The notes under the pieces are model-generated. The model was not told the origin of the DNA. It made no database searches and worked only from the letters and a program-made list of their open reading frames with translations. Below, one piece after another: positions 9,858 to 19,503 of a DNA stretch of 64,000 bases (the first letter of the stretch is position 1; each line of letters begins with the position of its first letter). The stretch spans positions 18,197 through 82,196 of the forward strand of contig JAJDCA010000018.1 of assembly GCA_029261055.1 (NCBI GenBank), written 5' to 3'. The translations under genes were made by a program, and so were the position numbers. Source of the stretch: Candidatus Omnitrophota bacterium (lineage in GTDB: Bacteria; Omnitrophota; Gorgyraeia; Zapsychrales; Zapsychraceae).

Positions 9858-12032
9858 CTATTTTATCAATCTATTAATATACCCTTGATCAACATTATAC
9901 CCAAAAGATTTAGCTTTTAGGGCATCTTGCAAGGCTTTTTCTCTCTGATTTTTTGCTTTATAAATCAAAGATCTTTTATAATATACCAAACCGTTTTGAG
10001 AATTCAACTTTATTATATTATTATAATCTTTTAATACATCTTCCATCCGATTCATTGCTAAATAAATATTGGCTCTTTGCCAATAGGCCCCTTCAAACCT
10101 GGGATTCATTTGAATGACTTTATCATAATCCGCTAACGCGAGCTGATATTTCCTTGTATTAAAATACGCAATGCCCCTATTGTAATACGCCTCCCAAAAA
10201 TGGGGGTTTAACTTTAAGGCATTTTTATAATCCTCTAAAGCGAGGGCATATTTTTTCATTTCAACATAGGCCGTACCTCTATTGCTGTAGGCCTTGATAT
10301 ACGTCGGGTTGATTTCCAGGGCTTTATTGTAATCGGCTAAAGCCGCATCATACTGTCCTTGTATTTTGTAAATGACACCTCTATTGCTGTAAGCGTCCTC
10401 TAAACGTGGATTGATTTCAATCGCTTTGTCATAGTCCGCCAAAGCCAAATTATTTTGTCCCATATGCCGATAGGCATTGCCTCTATTATTGTAGGCCTCA
10501 TCAAAATCAGGATTAAGCATTAACGCTTGATTAAAATTTTCTAAAGCGGTGTTGTATTGTTTTTTTGCACCGTAAGCCACACCCCGATTATTGTAAGCCT
10601 TAGCATGTTGCGAATCGATCGTAAGCGCTTTTGTGAAATACTCAATCGCTTGATTAAAATTACCATGCCTCAAAAAAGCCCCGCCCAAATTCATATGCGG
10701 CCTCAGCCTATGAGGTGATTTTTTCAATACGTCCTGCCAAAGAGTTACGCCATCCTGCCAAACGCTATTTCTCTGAAATGTTAAAAATGAACATGTCCCT
10801 ACAATCAAACTCAATACAATGACATATTTTTTGTAATCTTTCATCACATGCCGTAATCCCACCACCAACGCTATGGCAAAACCAACCATCGGTAAATAAA
10901 GCTTGTGTTCAAATATAACGTGACGTCGGGGAATAAAATTAGGTGCCAGCGTGAAAACAAACCAAAACATACCAAAAGCCATAAGTGTATTATATTTTTT
11001 AAACCTGATCGCAGCGACTAAAACACCTATCCAAGTGATCAAACTCAAACTCGTTGATAAGTCAAAAATATTTTGCGATAAAGAAAAATCATAATCGGGA
11101 TTCAAACCTATGGGGAAAAAAGAAATCCGCAAAAAAACCATCATCACGCGAAATTGCGTAAGAACATATTTTCCAAAAGTAATAACGTCTCCTACATGAG
11201 ATTCGGACATCTTCTGCGCGAACAACATACTCTTAACATTAAATGAAAATACTGCAGGAATGATAAGACAAAATAATAGTATCGTCCCCCAACCATACAC
11301 AGACCTCCGAGGTCTGTGTGCGGTTTCAGATGGCCGCAAAAACATAAACTCAATTAACAAAATCATCAACGGCAATGTAATCACAATCTCTTTCGTAAAC
11401 ATGCCAAGCACACCTGCAACAACGGCCCCGATAAAAAAATAATATTTGTACAGACGTGCCGATGCATCCTCCCTACCTTTCATGTACAAACACACGGCAA
11501 GAAGATAGAACATCGTCGCTAATGAAGCAAAACGTTGTGTAACATACGTCACCGCTTGCGTCTGCACTGGATGAGCGACGAAGATCAAAGCGACAAACAA
11601 TGCGACGGTCGAACCGTAAACAGACCTCGGGGGTCTGTTTGTAATTTTTTGTTGCAAACAGACCCCCGAGGTCTGTTTACGGCTTAAATTCCCCACAAGC
11701 ATCCCCACCAGCCACCACACCAACACCCCGCTCATTAAGTGAATCACCACGTTCGTCACATGATATCCGAAAACATCCAATTGATGAAAATGATAATTAA
11801 GGGCAAAAGAATAAAATGCCACAAAACGGGACGGTTGACTGAGCATACCCCATATCGAATCAAGGTGTGTAACATCACGAATGGCAGGATTACTGACGAT
11901 AAATATCAAGTCGTCAAAAACAAACTCATTTCGAAAAGTATTTGAATAAAGACCGATACCTAAAAAACATATCAGTAAAATAGGAAGAATTCTTGAGATA
12001 AAAATATTACTTATTTGGGGTGACTTCATCAA
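9858..12032 (-). CDS. Paralog 1 of 12: polytopic membrane PMT/TMTC-like (DUF1736-type, putative GT-C glycosyltransferase) protein with C-terminal TPR repeats
   Basis: N-terminal FVFDD...SQPSRFVAFYSFALNYHFH followed by more than 8 hydrophobic helices, then tandem 34-aa TPR units (AYNNRG..Y...G.Y..AL.DY.KAL.INP). Start uncertain; the ORF overlaps the next paralog. Confidence 0.6.
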   Translation of the reverse strand: MMKSPQISNIFISRILPILLICFLGIGLYSNTFRNEFVFDDLIFIVSNPAIRDVTHLDSIWGMLSQPSRFVAFYSFALNYHFHQLDVFGYHVTNVVIHLMSGVLVWWLVGMLVGNLSRKQTSGVCLQQKITNRPPRSVYGSTVALFVALIFVAHPVQTQAVTYVTQRFASLATMFYLLAVCLYMKGREDASARLYKYYFFIGAVVAGVLGMFTKEIVITLPLMILLIEFMFLRPSETAHRPRRSVYGWGTILLFCLIIPAVFSFNVKSMLFAQKMSESHVGDVITFGKYVLTQFRVMMVFLRISFFPIGLNPDYDFSLSQNIFDLSTSLSLITWIGVLVAAIRFKKYNTLMAFGMFWFVFTLAPNFIPRRHVIFEHKLYLPMVGFAIALVVGLRHVMKDYKKYVIVLSLIVGTCSFLTFQRNSVWQDGVTLWQDVLKKSPHRLRPHMNLGGAFLRHGNFNQAIEYFTKALTIDSQHAKAYNNRGVAYGAKKQYNTALENFNQALMLNPDFDEAYNNRGNAYRHMGQNNLALADYDKAIEINPRLEDAYSNRGVIYKIQGQYDAALADYNKALEINPTYIKAYSNRGTAYVEMKKYALALEDYKNALKLNPHFWEAYYNRGIAYFNTRKYQLALADYDKVIQMNPRFEGAYWQRANIYLAMNRMEDVLKDYNNIIKLNSQNGLVYYKRSLIYKAKNQREKALQDALKAKSFGYNVDQGYINRLIK
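11297..11319. repeat. 23-bp perfect palindrome, site 2 of paralog 1
   Basis: acacagacctc c gaggtctgtgt; encodes HRPRRSVYG. Confidence 0.8.
11614..11682. repeat. In-frame hairpin cassette, site 1 of paralog 1 (27-bp perfect stem, 15-nt loop)
   Basis: ccgtaaacagacctcgggggtctgttt / gtaattttttgttgc / aaacagacccccgaggtctgtttacgg; encodes NRPPRSVYGS loop. Confidence 0.85.
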
Positions 12033-14616
12033 AATATCGTTGATTAACTTGATAACCTAAAGATTGTGCCATAAGGGCATCCTCAAGAGCTTTTTCATTA
12101 TCACCTTTACTCTTATACGCAAGCGACCGTGCAAAATACCCCATACCTATCGTAGGGTTGATCTTTAAAAATTGCGTAAATTCTTCAATCGCCAGGTCAA
12201 ACTCCCCTCTTTCCCCATAAATGTTCCCCTTATTAAGATAGGTCACATAATTATTAGGATCAATATCCACCGCCTTATTAAATTCTTCTAAGGCCAAATC
12301 ATACTGTTTTTGCATTTTATAAATAACACCGCGGTTATTATAGGCCATCGCGTATTGTGGATTTAGTTCAACCGCTTTTGTGTAATCCTGCAAAGCCTTA
12401 TCCAGCATACCTTTTGATTTGTACACGACACCACGATTATTGTAAATTTCGCTGGCGTTTGGATCTATTTCCAAAGCCTTATCACAATTGGCCAAGGCCA
12501 AATCATACTGTTTCGTAGACTCAAACAAAACACACCGATTACTGTAAGACTCCATATATGTAGGATCAATCTCCAAAGCCTTGTCAAAATCATTCAAGGC
12601 GTCTTCATACTGACCTCTCATTTTATAAATAACACCACGATTATTGTAGGCCATAACATACTGAGAATCAATCTGGATGGCTTTATTGTAGTCCAAAAGA
12701 GCCAAATCATATTCTCCCTTTTTCTCATAAATAACGCCGCGGTTATAATACGCCTCTGTAAACCTAGGGTTAATACTCAAGGCCTTCTTGTAATCTTCAA
12801 GGATCAAATCATACTGGCCGGTTTCTTCATAAAGATTACTGCGGTTGCTGTACGCTTCTTCAAAATCAGGGTCGATCGCTAATGCTTTGTTAAAATCTTT
12901 AAGAGCCAACCCATGATTACCTTTTTTTTGATACACAATTCCCCGATTATTGTATGTTTTCACATAACTTCCATTAAACTCCAACGCCTTATTGTAATCA
13001 TCTAATGCCAAATCATCCTTATCCAAAGCTTCATAAACCACACCCCGGTCATTGTAAATTTCCGCAATGCTTGAATCCAAAGACATAGCTTTATTCAAAT
13101 CGGCAAGTGCAAGGTCATATTGTTTTTTATGACGATACGCATTCCCTCGATGATTGTAGGCCATGGTGTATTGACCATCCATTTCAATCACTTGGGTAAA
13201 ATGATCAATGGCATCGTCATATCGATCATATTCCAAATAAGCACTGCCTAAATTAATTTTCGGCCGTAACCGATTCGGCGATTTCTTCAAGGCATCCTCC
13301 CATAATGTAATGGGTGTCTGCCAAACCTTATTTCTTTGATAAGTCAAATAAGACAATATGATAAGAAAAATGCTCATACCTACGACAAATTTTTTAACGT
13401 CGCGAACATACTGAAAAAAACCAACACTTAAAACTAAAGAAAACCCAACCATAGGCAAATAAAGCTTGTGTTCAAAAATAACATGCCGCCGGGGAATAAA
13501 ATTTGGCGCTAAAGCCAGAAAAAACCAAAAAATCCCAAAAGCAATTAATAAACGCCGGGCCTTTATCTTCACGGCAAAGAGGAGACTGCCCATTACTAAA
13601 AGAAAACTTAACAACGTAGGCCATTCAAAAAAACTTTGGGACAATGGAAAATCATAATCGATATTCTGCCCCATCGGGAAAACGGCAAGCCGCAGAAAGG
13701 TTACCATCACACGAAACTGTGTCATCACATATTTCCCAAACGTAATCGTATCTCCTATGTGCGATTCCGACATTCGAGATGCAAACAAAGCATCTGAAAT
13801 ATTAAAAGAAAATACCGCGGGGATAATAAGCAAAAAAACCAAAACAACACTTATCAAAATTTTATTAACATGCTTCTTCTTGCTTTGGGCATCATAAAAA
13901 AACAAACCCTCAATTAAAAGAATCATCAAAGGCAAAGTAATGACAATTTCCTTAGAAAACATACCTAAAACAGCCGCCACAGCCGCTCCGAAAAAATAAA
14001 ATACAGACCTGCGACGCTTAGCCACCAATCGTCCGCTATCAGGCGTCAATATTTTAACTTTTTCTGAAGGCTGATGCCTGATGCCTGATATCTGACGCAT
14101 ACGCCCACTCACATACAAACAGACCGCTAATAAATAAAACAAGGTCGCTAAAGAAGCAAATCGTTGCGTAATATACGTCACCGCCTGCGTCTGCACCGGA
14201 TGGGCTACGAATATCAAGGCCGCAAACAACGGAATACTCGAACCGCCTCCGAACCTCGGGGGTTCGGATTTCCGAACCCCCGAGGTTCGTTTACGGTTAA
14301 GCGTCTCCATAAGCATCTTCACAAACCACCACACAAGCGTGGCCGTTATTAAATGAATCAGCAAATTTGTCAAATGATACGCAAATGCATCCAATTTATG
14401 AAAATGATAATTCAACGCAAATGAATAAAAAGCAACAAAACGGGACGGCTGACTGAGAAGATTCCAAATTTCTTTAACATTGCCTAAATTCTGAATAGGC
14501 TTATTGTTAACAATAAAAGGAATGTCATCAAATTGAAATGTGCTATGCAGCGTATTAGAGTAAAGAACGGCTCCTAAAAGCCATATGAGAAGAATAGGCC
14601 AATATTTTTTAATCAT
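12007..14616 (-). CDS. Paralog 2: PMT/TMTC-like membrane domain + TPR repeats
   Basis: Same architecture; TFQFDD, SQPSRFVAFYSFALNYHFH; about 14 TPR units. Confidence 0.6.
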   Translation of the reverse strand: MIKKYWPILLIWLLGAVLYSNTLHSTFQFDDIPFIVNNKPIQNLGNVKEIWNLLSQPSRFVAFYSFALNYHFHKLDAFAYHLTNLLIHLITATLVWWFVKMLMETLNRKRTSGVRKSEPPRFGGGSSIPLFAALIFVAHPVQTQAVTYITQRFASLATLFYLLAVCLYVSGRMRQISGIRHQPSEKVKILTPDSGRLVAKRRRSVFYFFGAAVAAVLGMFSKEIVITLPLMILLIEGLFFYDAQSKKKHVNKILISVVLVFLLIIPAVFSFNISDALFASRMSESHIGDTITFGKYVMTQFRVMVTFLRLAVFPMGQNIDYDFPLSQSFFEWPTLLSFLLVMGSLLFAVKIKARRLLIAFGIFWFFLALAPNFIPRRHVIFEHKLYLPMVGFSLVLSVGFFQYVRDVKKFVVGMSIFLIILSYLTYQRNKVWQTPITLWEDALKKSPNRLRPKINLGSAYLEYDRYDDAIDHFTQVIEMDGQYTMAYNHRGNAYRHKKQYDLALADLNKAMSLDSSIAEIYNDRGVVYEALDKDDLALDDYNKALEFNGSYVKTYNNRGIVYQKKGNHGLALKDFNKALAIDPDFEEAYSNRSNLYEETGQYDLILEDYKKALSINPRFTEAYYNRGVIYEKKGEYDLALLDYNKAIQIDSQYVMAYNNRGVIYKMRGQYEDALNDFDKALEIDPTYMESYSNRCVLFESTKQYDLALANCDKALEIDPNASEIYNNRGVVYKSKGMLDKALQDYTKAVELNPQYAMAYNNRGVIYKMQKQYDLALEEFNKAVDIDPNNYVTYLNKGNIYGERGEFDLAIEEFTQFLKINPTIGMGYFARSLAYKSKGDNEKALEDALMAQSLGYQVNQRYFDEVTPNK
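14038..14098. repeat. Heptamer (ctgaNNN) repeat / inverted-repeat cassette, site 0 of paralog 2
   Basis: ctgatgc ctgatgc ctgatat ctgacgc preceded by an inverted copy (cgctatcaggcgtca); encodes PSEKVKILTPDSGRL. Confidence 0.55.
14249..14289. repeat. In-frame hairpin cassette, site 1 of paralog 2
   Basis: ccgaacctcgggggttcgga tt tccgaacccccgaggttcg; encodes SEPPRFGG. Confidence 0.8.
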
Positions 14617-16981
14617 GCATTAACTCCCAAATCTTTAAACGTTGTTGTTCGGCAGGAACAAAACCTGGTTTAAGCTCCAAAACTTTTTCAAAACTTTTTA
14701 AAGCCTCTGGATATTTCTCTAAATTTATAAAAACAATGCCCTTATTGTAATACACTTCCAGGAAATCAGGATTAATTTCTAAAGCCTTCGCATAATCCGC
14801 CAGCGCAGCCTCATATTCTTTTTTCTCCACATAAGCCGTGCCCCGATTACTGTACGCCTGCGCATAGTTAGGATTAAGCGCTATGGCTTGTGTGTAATCC
14901 GCCAGGGCTAAATCATATTGCCTCTTCTTTCCGTAAACAATGCCGCGGTTATAATAAACGGTTTCAAATCCAGAATCAAGCTCTAAGGCTTTATTGTAAT
15001 CTGCTAAGGCTAAATCAAGTTGGCCCATTTTTTCATACACAAGCCCACGATTACTGTAAGAACTTTTATCATCCGGATCAAACGCCAAAGCTTTTTGATA
15101 ATCCGTTAGCGCCTTATCAAACTTTCCCTGTTTTCCGTACACAATTCCCCTGTTCCCATAGGCTTTAGCATAGTTCGGATTAATCGCCAACGTCTTTTCA
15201 TACTCCTGTAAAGCTAAATCAAATCGGCCTTTTTTTTCATAAATAATCCCGATGTTATTGTACACTTCTTCCAGGCCGGAACGCGATGCCAGGGCTTTTT
15301 GATAATCCTTAAGGGCCAAATCATATTGGCCTCGCTGCCTAAAAATATTCCCACGATTATTAAAAATTTTGATGGAATCCGGTGTAAGCTCAAGCGCATG
15401 ATTAAAATCTGCCAGCGCCAAATCATACTGACCCATTTGATCGTACACAACGCCTCGATTACTGTAGGCCTCAGCATAATTGGGCTTAAGCTTTAAAGCC
15501 TGATTATGGTCGACGAGCGCAAGATCATACCGCCGCTTTTTTTCATGAACAACACCCCGATTTGTGTAGGCCTGCGCATAATATGGATTAAGACTTAAGG
15601 CCCGATCATAATGTTTAAACGCCAAAGAATATTCATTACCTTGAAAATACGCACTCCCCAAATTATTATGCGCCCTGGCTTTATTCGGCGATTTATGGAC
15701 GACGTCTTCCCACAAATTTATTTCATTACGCCAAACTTGATTTCTCTGAAACGTCAGATAAGACAATGTCACAATAATAAGACTAATCGTAACCATGCAC
15801 TTTTTAGGATTTTTAAAAATCTGAAACATCCCCCCACACATGAACAAGGCCGCCCCCACCATCGCCAAATAAAGTTTATGTTCAAAAATAACATGCCGCC
15901 GAGGAATAAAGTTTGGTGCCAAGGCAATAAAAAACCAAAACAGCCCAAAGGCCGCTAACATATTACGTTTGCGCAACCAGAATATCAACCACCCCATGAT
16001 GCCCAAAAGAAATACAAAACTCAAAAACGTCGATCCTTCAAAAAAAGTTTGAGACAACGGAAAATCATAATCTGCATTCTGCCCGATAGGAAAAAGGGTA
16101 AGTTTGATAAATGTCGTCATCACCCTAAACTGCGTCATCACATATTTACCAAATGTAATGACATCGCCGTAATGCGATTCCGACATCTTTTGTCCAAACA
16201 CTACGCCCTTAATGTTAAAAGAAAATACGGCCGGGACAATAAGACAGAATAATAAAATCGGAATCACATACCGTCGTTTTGCTTTTAGAAAAAAATACTC
16301 AATCAAGAGAATCATCAATGGCAAAGTGATAACGATTTCTTTGGTAAACATCCCTAATACCGCAGCAATCGCAGCACCTAAAAAATGTACAGACGCGATT
16401 AATCCTGCCTTGCCGGCAGGCAGGCGCGTCTCTACGCCTCGCCCTTTAATGTAAAAACACAACGAAAGCAAATAAAACATCGTTGCCAAAGAAGCAAACC
16501 GCTGTGTAATGTACGTCACCGCCTGCGTCTGCAACGGGTGCGCCACAAAAATCAACGCAACAAAAAGAGCAACACTCGAACCGTACACAAACCTCGGGGG
16601 TTTGTATGGGTTTAAACCCATACAAACCCCCGAGGTTTGTGTACGGTTACCGCGCTTCACAAGCATCCCCACCAACCACCACACCAACACCGCCGTGGTC
16701 AAATGAATCACCAAATTCGTCACGTGATACCAAAAAGCATCGTACTGATGCACATGATAATTCAGCGCAAACGAATAAAACGCTACAAACCGTGACGGCT
16801 GACTCAGCATATTCCAAAGACCAGAAACATTACTGATGTCTCGAATCGCCGGATTCCCCAGAATAAACTGATGATCATCAAAATGAAAAGCCTCGTGCAA
16901 CGTATTCGCATACACCACCGCACCTAAAAGGCAGATCAAAACCACCGGAAACCAATTTTTAATTTTTTGGGATATTACCAT
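14609..16981 (-). CDS. Paralog 3: PMT/TMTC-like membrane domain + TPR repeats
   Basis: AFHFDD, SQPSRFVAFYSFALNYHVH; TPR array. Confidence 0.6.
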   Translation of the reverse strand: MVISQKIKNWFPVVLICLLGAVVYANTLHEAFHFDDHQFILGNPAIRDISNVSGLWNMLSQPSRFVAFYSFALNYHVHQYDAFWYHVTNLVIHLTTAVLVWWLVGMLVKRGNRTQTSGVCMGLNPYKPPRFVYGSSVALFVALIFVAHPLQTQAVTYITQRFASLATMFYLLSLCFYIKGRGVETRLPAGKAGLIASVHFLGAAIAAVLGMFTKEIVITLPLMILLIEYFFLKAKRRYVIPILLFCLIVPAVFSFNIKGVVFGQKMSESHYGDVITFGKYVMTQFRVMTTFIKLTLFPIGQNADYDFPLSQTFFEGSTFLSFVFLLGIMGWLIFWLRKRNMLAAFGLFWFFIALAPNFIPRRHVIFEHKLYLAMVGAALFMCGGMFQIFKNPKKCMVTISLIIVTLSYLTFQRNQVWRNEINLWEDVVHKSPNKARAHNNLGSAYFQGNEYSLAFKHYDRALSLNPYYAQAYTNRGVVHEKKRRYDLALVDHNQALKLKPNYAEAYSNRGVVYDQMGQYDLALADFNHALELTPDSIKIFNNRGNIFRQRGQYDLALKDYQKALASRSGLEEVYNNIGIIYEKKGRFDLALQEYEKTLAINPNYAKAYGNRGIVYGKQGKFDKALTDYQKALAFDPDDKSSYSNRGLVYEKMGQLDLALADYNKALELDSGFETVYYNRGIVYGKKRQYDLALADYTQAIALNPNYAQAYSNRGTAYVEKKEYEAALADYAKALEINPDFLEVYYNKGIVFINLEKYPEALKSFEKVLELKPGFVPAEQQRLKIWELMHD
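16391..16432. repeat. ATTAAT-centred palindrome interrupted by a nested palindrome, site 0 of paralog 3
   Basis: agacgcgattaatc [ctgccttgccggcaggcagg] cgcgtct; encodes ETRL-PAGKAG-LIASV. Confidence 0.7.
16581..16646. repeat. 66-bp perfect palindrome, site 1 of paralog 3
   Basis: ccgtacacaaacctcgggggtttgtatgggttt|aaacccatacaaacccccgaggtttgtgtacgg; encodes GLNPYKPPRFVYG. Confidence 0.85.
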
Positions 16982-19499
16982 CTAATAATGCATTATCTAT
17001 TTTCTTACCCAACATTTTAAATTTTTGCAAATCTGCCTTTGCTTCTGACTCTCGGTTCTTTTGCTGATAAATACTCGCCCTGTTTTTGTACGCCATGGCA
17101 TAGTTGGGATTAATGGCCAGGGCCTTATTAAAATCTTCAAGGGCGCGCGCATATTTACCTTGTGACTTATAAATAGTCCCCCGATTATTATACGCGACAT
17201 AAAGCTGAGGATTAATTTCAACAGCCCGTGTAAAATCAGCCAAGGCTAAATCATCCTTGCCTTGCCTTTCATACACAGCGCCCCGATTAGTGTATGCCTT
17301 ATCATATTGCGGATTAATCACGATGGCCTGCGTTAAGTTTTCAAGCGCTAAATCATATTGCTGCTTTCGAATGTAAATAAGCCCACGATTATAATAGGCC
17401 TTATCGAGCTCCGGATTAATGGCCAAAGCTTTATTCAAGTCTTTCATCGCTAAATCATACTGTCCTTTCTTTCCATAAATAATGCCACGATTACTGTACG
17501 CCTCATCCAGTCGCGCATCAATTTCAATCGCCCTACTGTAATCAGCCAGCGCCATATCATCTTGATTTTGCACGGCATGCACGGCACCCCGGTTATTAAA
17601 CGCCATGGCATACTGCGGGTTCAACTCAACAGCTTTGCTGTAATCCTTCATCGCCAAATCATATTGCCCCTTCGCCTTGTACACAACCCCTCGATTATTG
17701 TAAACCTCTCCAATGCCCGGATTAATTTCTAAAGCCTTATTAAAATCTGCCAAGGCCAAATCATATCGCCCTGTCGCCTCATACACCATGCCCCTATTAC
17801 CGTAGACTTTGGCATACAATGGATTCAACGCAAGCGCCTTATTGTAATCATCCAAGGCCAAATCATACGACCCCTTCTTCTTATGAATAATGCCACGGTT
17901 GTGATACGCTTTATAAAAATACGGATTAATCTCTAACGCCTTATTAAAATCTTCCAAAGCCAAATCACTTTTATCGTCGGTACGATACACCGCCCCACGA
18001 TTGCTTCGCGCCCCATCCAAATCAGGATCAATTGCTAAGGCACGATTAAAATCTTTCAGCGCCAGCTCTTTTTGATTCGTTGCCCCATACACCGCCCCAC
18101 GATTATTGTAGGCATTCGCATCATCCGGCTCCATGGACACCGCTTTATCTAAATACACCATAGCCTTATCATACTGTCCCTGTTCAAAATACGCTCGTCC
18201 TAAATTAATTTGCGGACGCAATTTGTGGGGGGATTTCTGAACAACATCTTCCCAAAGCGTCACTTCATTCGTCCAAACTTTATTTCGTTGAAATGTTAAA
18301 TATGCCAACACACACACAATAATACTCAACACAACCGCACCTTTCTTAACATTTTTCATCAAACGAAATATGCCCATGCTCAACATTAAAGAAAAACCAA
18401 TCATCGGCAAATACAATTTATGTTCAAAAATAATATTTCTTCTTGGAATAAAATTAGGCAACAATGTAAGAAAAAACCAAAATATGCCAAAAGTAATCAA
18501 TGTGTAACGGGCCCGAATCTTAAAAGCAATGCCAAGCATAGCCCCTAATGCCAAAAAACTTAACAGTGTAGGAATTTCAAAGAAATGCTGTGACAAAGCA
18601 AAATCATATTCCACATTCTGCCCAATGGGAAAAAAAGAAAGTTTTACAAACGTCATCAACACCCTAAACTGCGTCATCACATATGTTCCAAACGTAATCA
18701 CATCCCCTGCATGCGATTCTGAAATCTTTGGAGCAAACAACATATCGGAAATATTAAATGAAAACAGCGCGGGGATAATCAATACAAATAGTAAAGCCGC
18801 GATTAATCGCGGCTCCTTAATTTTGCGTACCCCACCTAAAAACATACATTCAATCAAAAGGACCGTTAAAGGCAATGTAATCACGATTTCTTTGGTGAAC
18901 ATGCCGAGGATAGCAGAAACAGCAGCGCCAAGAAAGTATACAGACGAGATTAATCGCGTCTCTACGATCCTACCTTTAATGTAAAGACACACCGAGAGCA
19001 AATAAAACAACGTCGCCAACGACGCGAACCGCTGCGCGATGTACGTCACCGCCTGCGTCTGTACCGGATGCGCCACGAAAATCAGTGCGGTAAAAAGAGC
19101 AATAGTCGAACCGTAAACACACCCCGGGGGTGTGTATTTGGTATTTAACCTCATACACACCCCCGGGGTGTGTTTACGGTTACAAAGCCCCACAAGCATC
19201 CCCACAAACCACCACACAAGCATGGCCGTGATCAAATGAATCACGAAATTCGTCACATGATACCCAAACACATCCAACTGATGAAAATGATAATTCAGCG
19301 CGAATGAATAAAACGCCACAAAACGCGATGGCTGACTCAATAATTCCCCAATGCCCTTAATATTACCCAAATCTCGAATCGCAAAATTATCGATAATAAA
19401 AATATTATCATCAAACTGAAAATCACTATGGAAGGTATTAGAATAACTGATGATCCCTACCAGAATAATAATCGCCCACGCAAAAATTGGATACTTCAT
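16959..19499 (-). CDS. Paralog 4: PMT/TMTC-like membrane domain + TPR repeats
   Basis: DFQFDD, SQPSRFVAFYSFALNYHFH; TPR array. Start placed at MKYPIFAW (19499) to avoid a 44-bp overlap; the ORF-track start is 19547. Confidence 0.55.
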   Translation of the reverse strand: MKYPIFAWAIIILVGIISYSNTFHSDFQFDDNIFIIDNFAIRDLGNIKGIGELLSQPSRFVAFYSFALNYHFHQLDVFGYHVTNFVIHLITAMLVWWFVGMLVGLCNRKHTPGVCMRLNTKYTPPGCVYGSTIALFTALIFVAHPVQTQAVTYIAQRFASLATLFYLLSVCLYIKGRIVETRLISSVYFLGAAVSAILGMFTKEIVITLPLTVLLIECMFLGGVRKIKEPRLIAALLFVLIIPALFSFNISDMLFAPKISESHAGDVITFGTYVMTQFRVLMTFVKLSFFPIGQNVEYDFALSQHFFEIPTLLSFLALGAMLGIAFKIRARYTLITFGIFWFFLTLLPNFIPRRNIIFEHKLYLPMIGFSLMLSMGIFRLMKNVKKGAVVLSIIVCVLAYLTFQRNKVWTNEVTLWEDVVQKSPHKLRPQINLGRAYFEQGQYDKAMVYLDKAVSMEPDDANAYNNRGAVYGATNQKELALKDFNRALAIDPDLDGARSNRGAVYRTDDKSDLALEDFNKALEINPYFYKAYHNRGIIHKKKGSYDLALDDYNKALALNPLYAKVYGNRGMVYEATGRYDLALADFNKALEINPGIGEVYNNRGVVYKAKGQYDLAMKDYSKAVELNPQYAMAFNNRGAVHAVQNQDDMALADYSRAIEIDARLDEAYSNRGIIYGKKGQYDLAMKDLNKALAINPELDKAYYNRGLIYIRKQQYDLALENLTQAIVINPQYDKAYTNRGAVYERQGKDDLALADFTRAVEINPQLYVAYNNRGTIYKSQGKYARALEDFNKALAINPNYAMAYKNRASIYQQKNRESEAKADLQKFKMLGKKIDNALLDGNIPKN
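18942..18961. repeat. 20-bp ATTAAT palindrome (1 mismatch), site 0 of paralog 4
   Basis: agacgagattaatcgcgtct; encodes ETRLISSV. Confidence 0.6.
19111..19179. repeat. In-frame hairpin cassette, site 1 of paralog 4 (27-bp perfect stem)
   Basis: ccgtaaacacaccccgggggtgtgtat / 15-nt loop / atacacacccccggggtgtgtttacgg. Confidence 0.85.
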
Positions 19500-19503
19500 T
19501 AAA

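Noticed and set aside
18529-18984. Plus-strand ORFs of 60-156 aa throughout the array (for example 18529..18984, 20002..20397, 23429..23887, 34028..34498, 30072..30482)
   Set aside because: They are antisense shadow ORFs inside long minus-strand genes. Their translations are low-complexity mirror images of the TPR and cassette sequence (KNQRG.QRD.RTVNEPRGFGFPNPRGS recurs).
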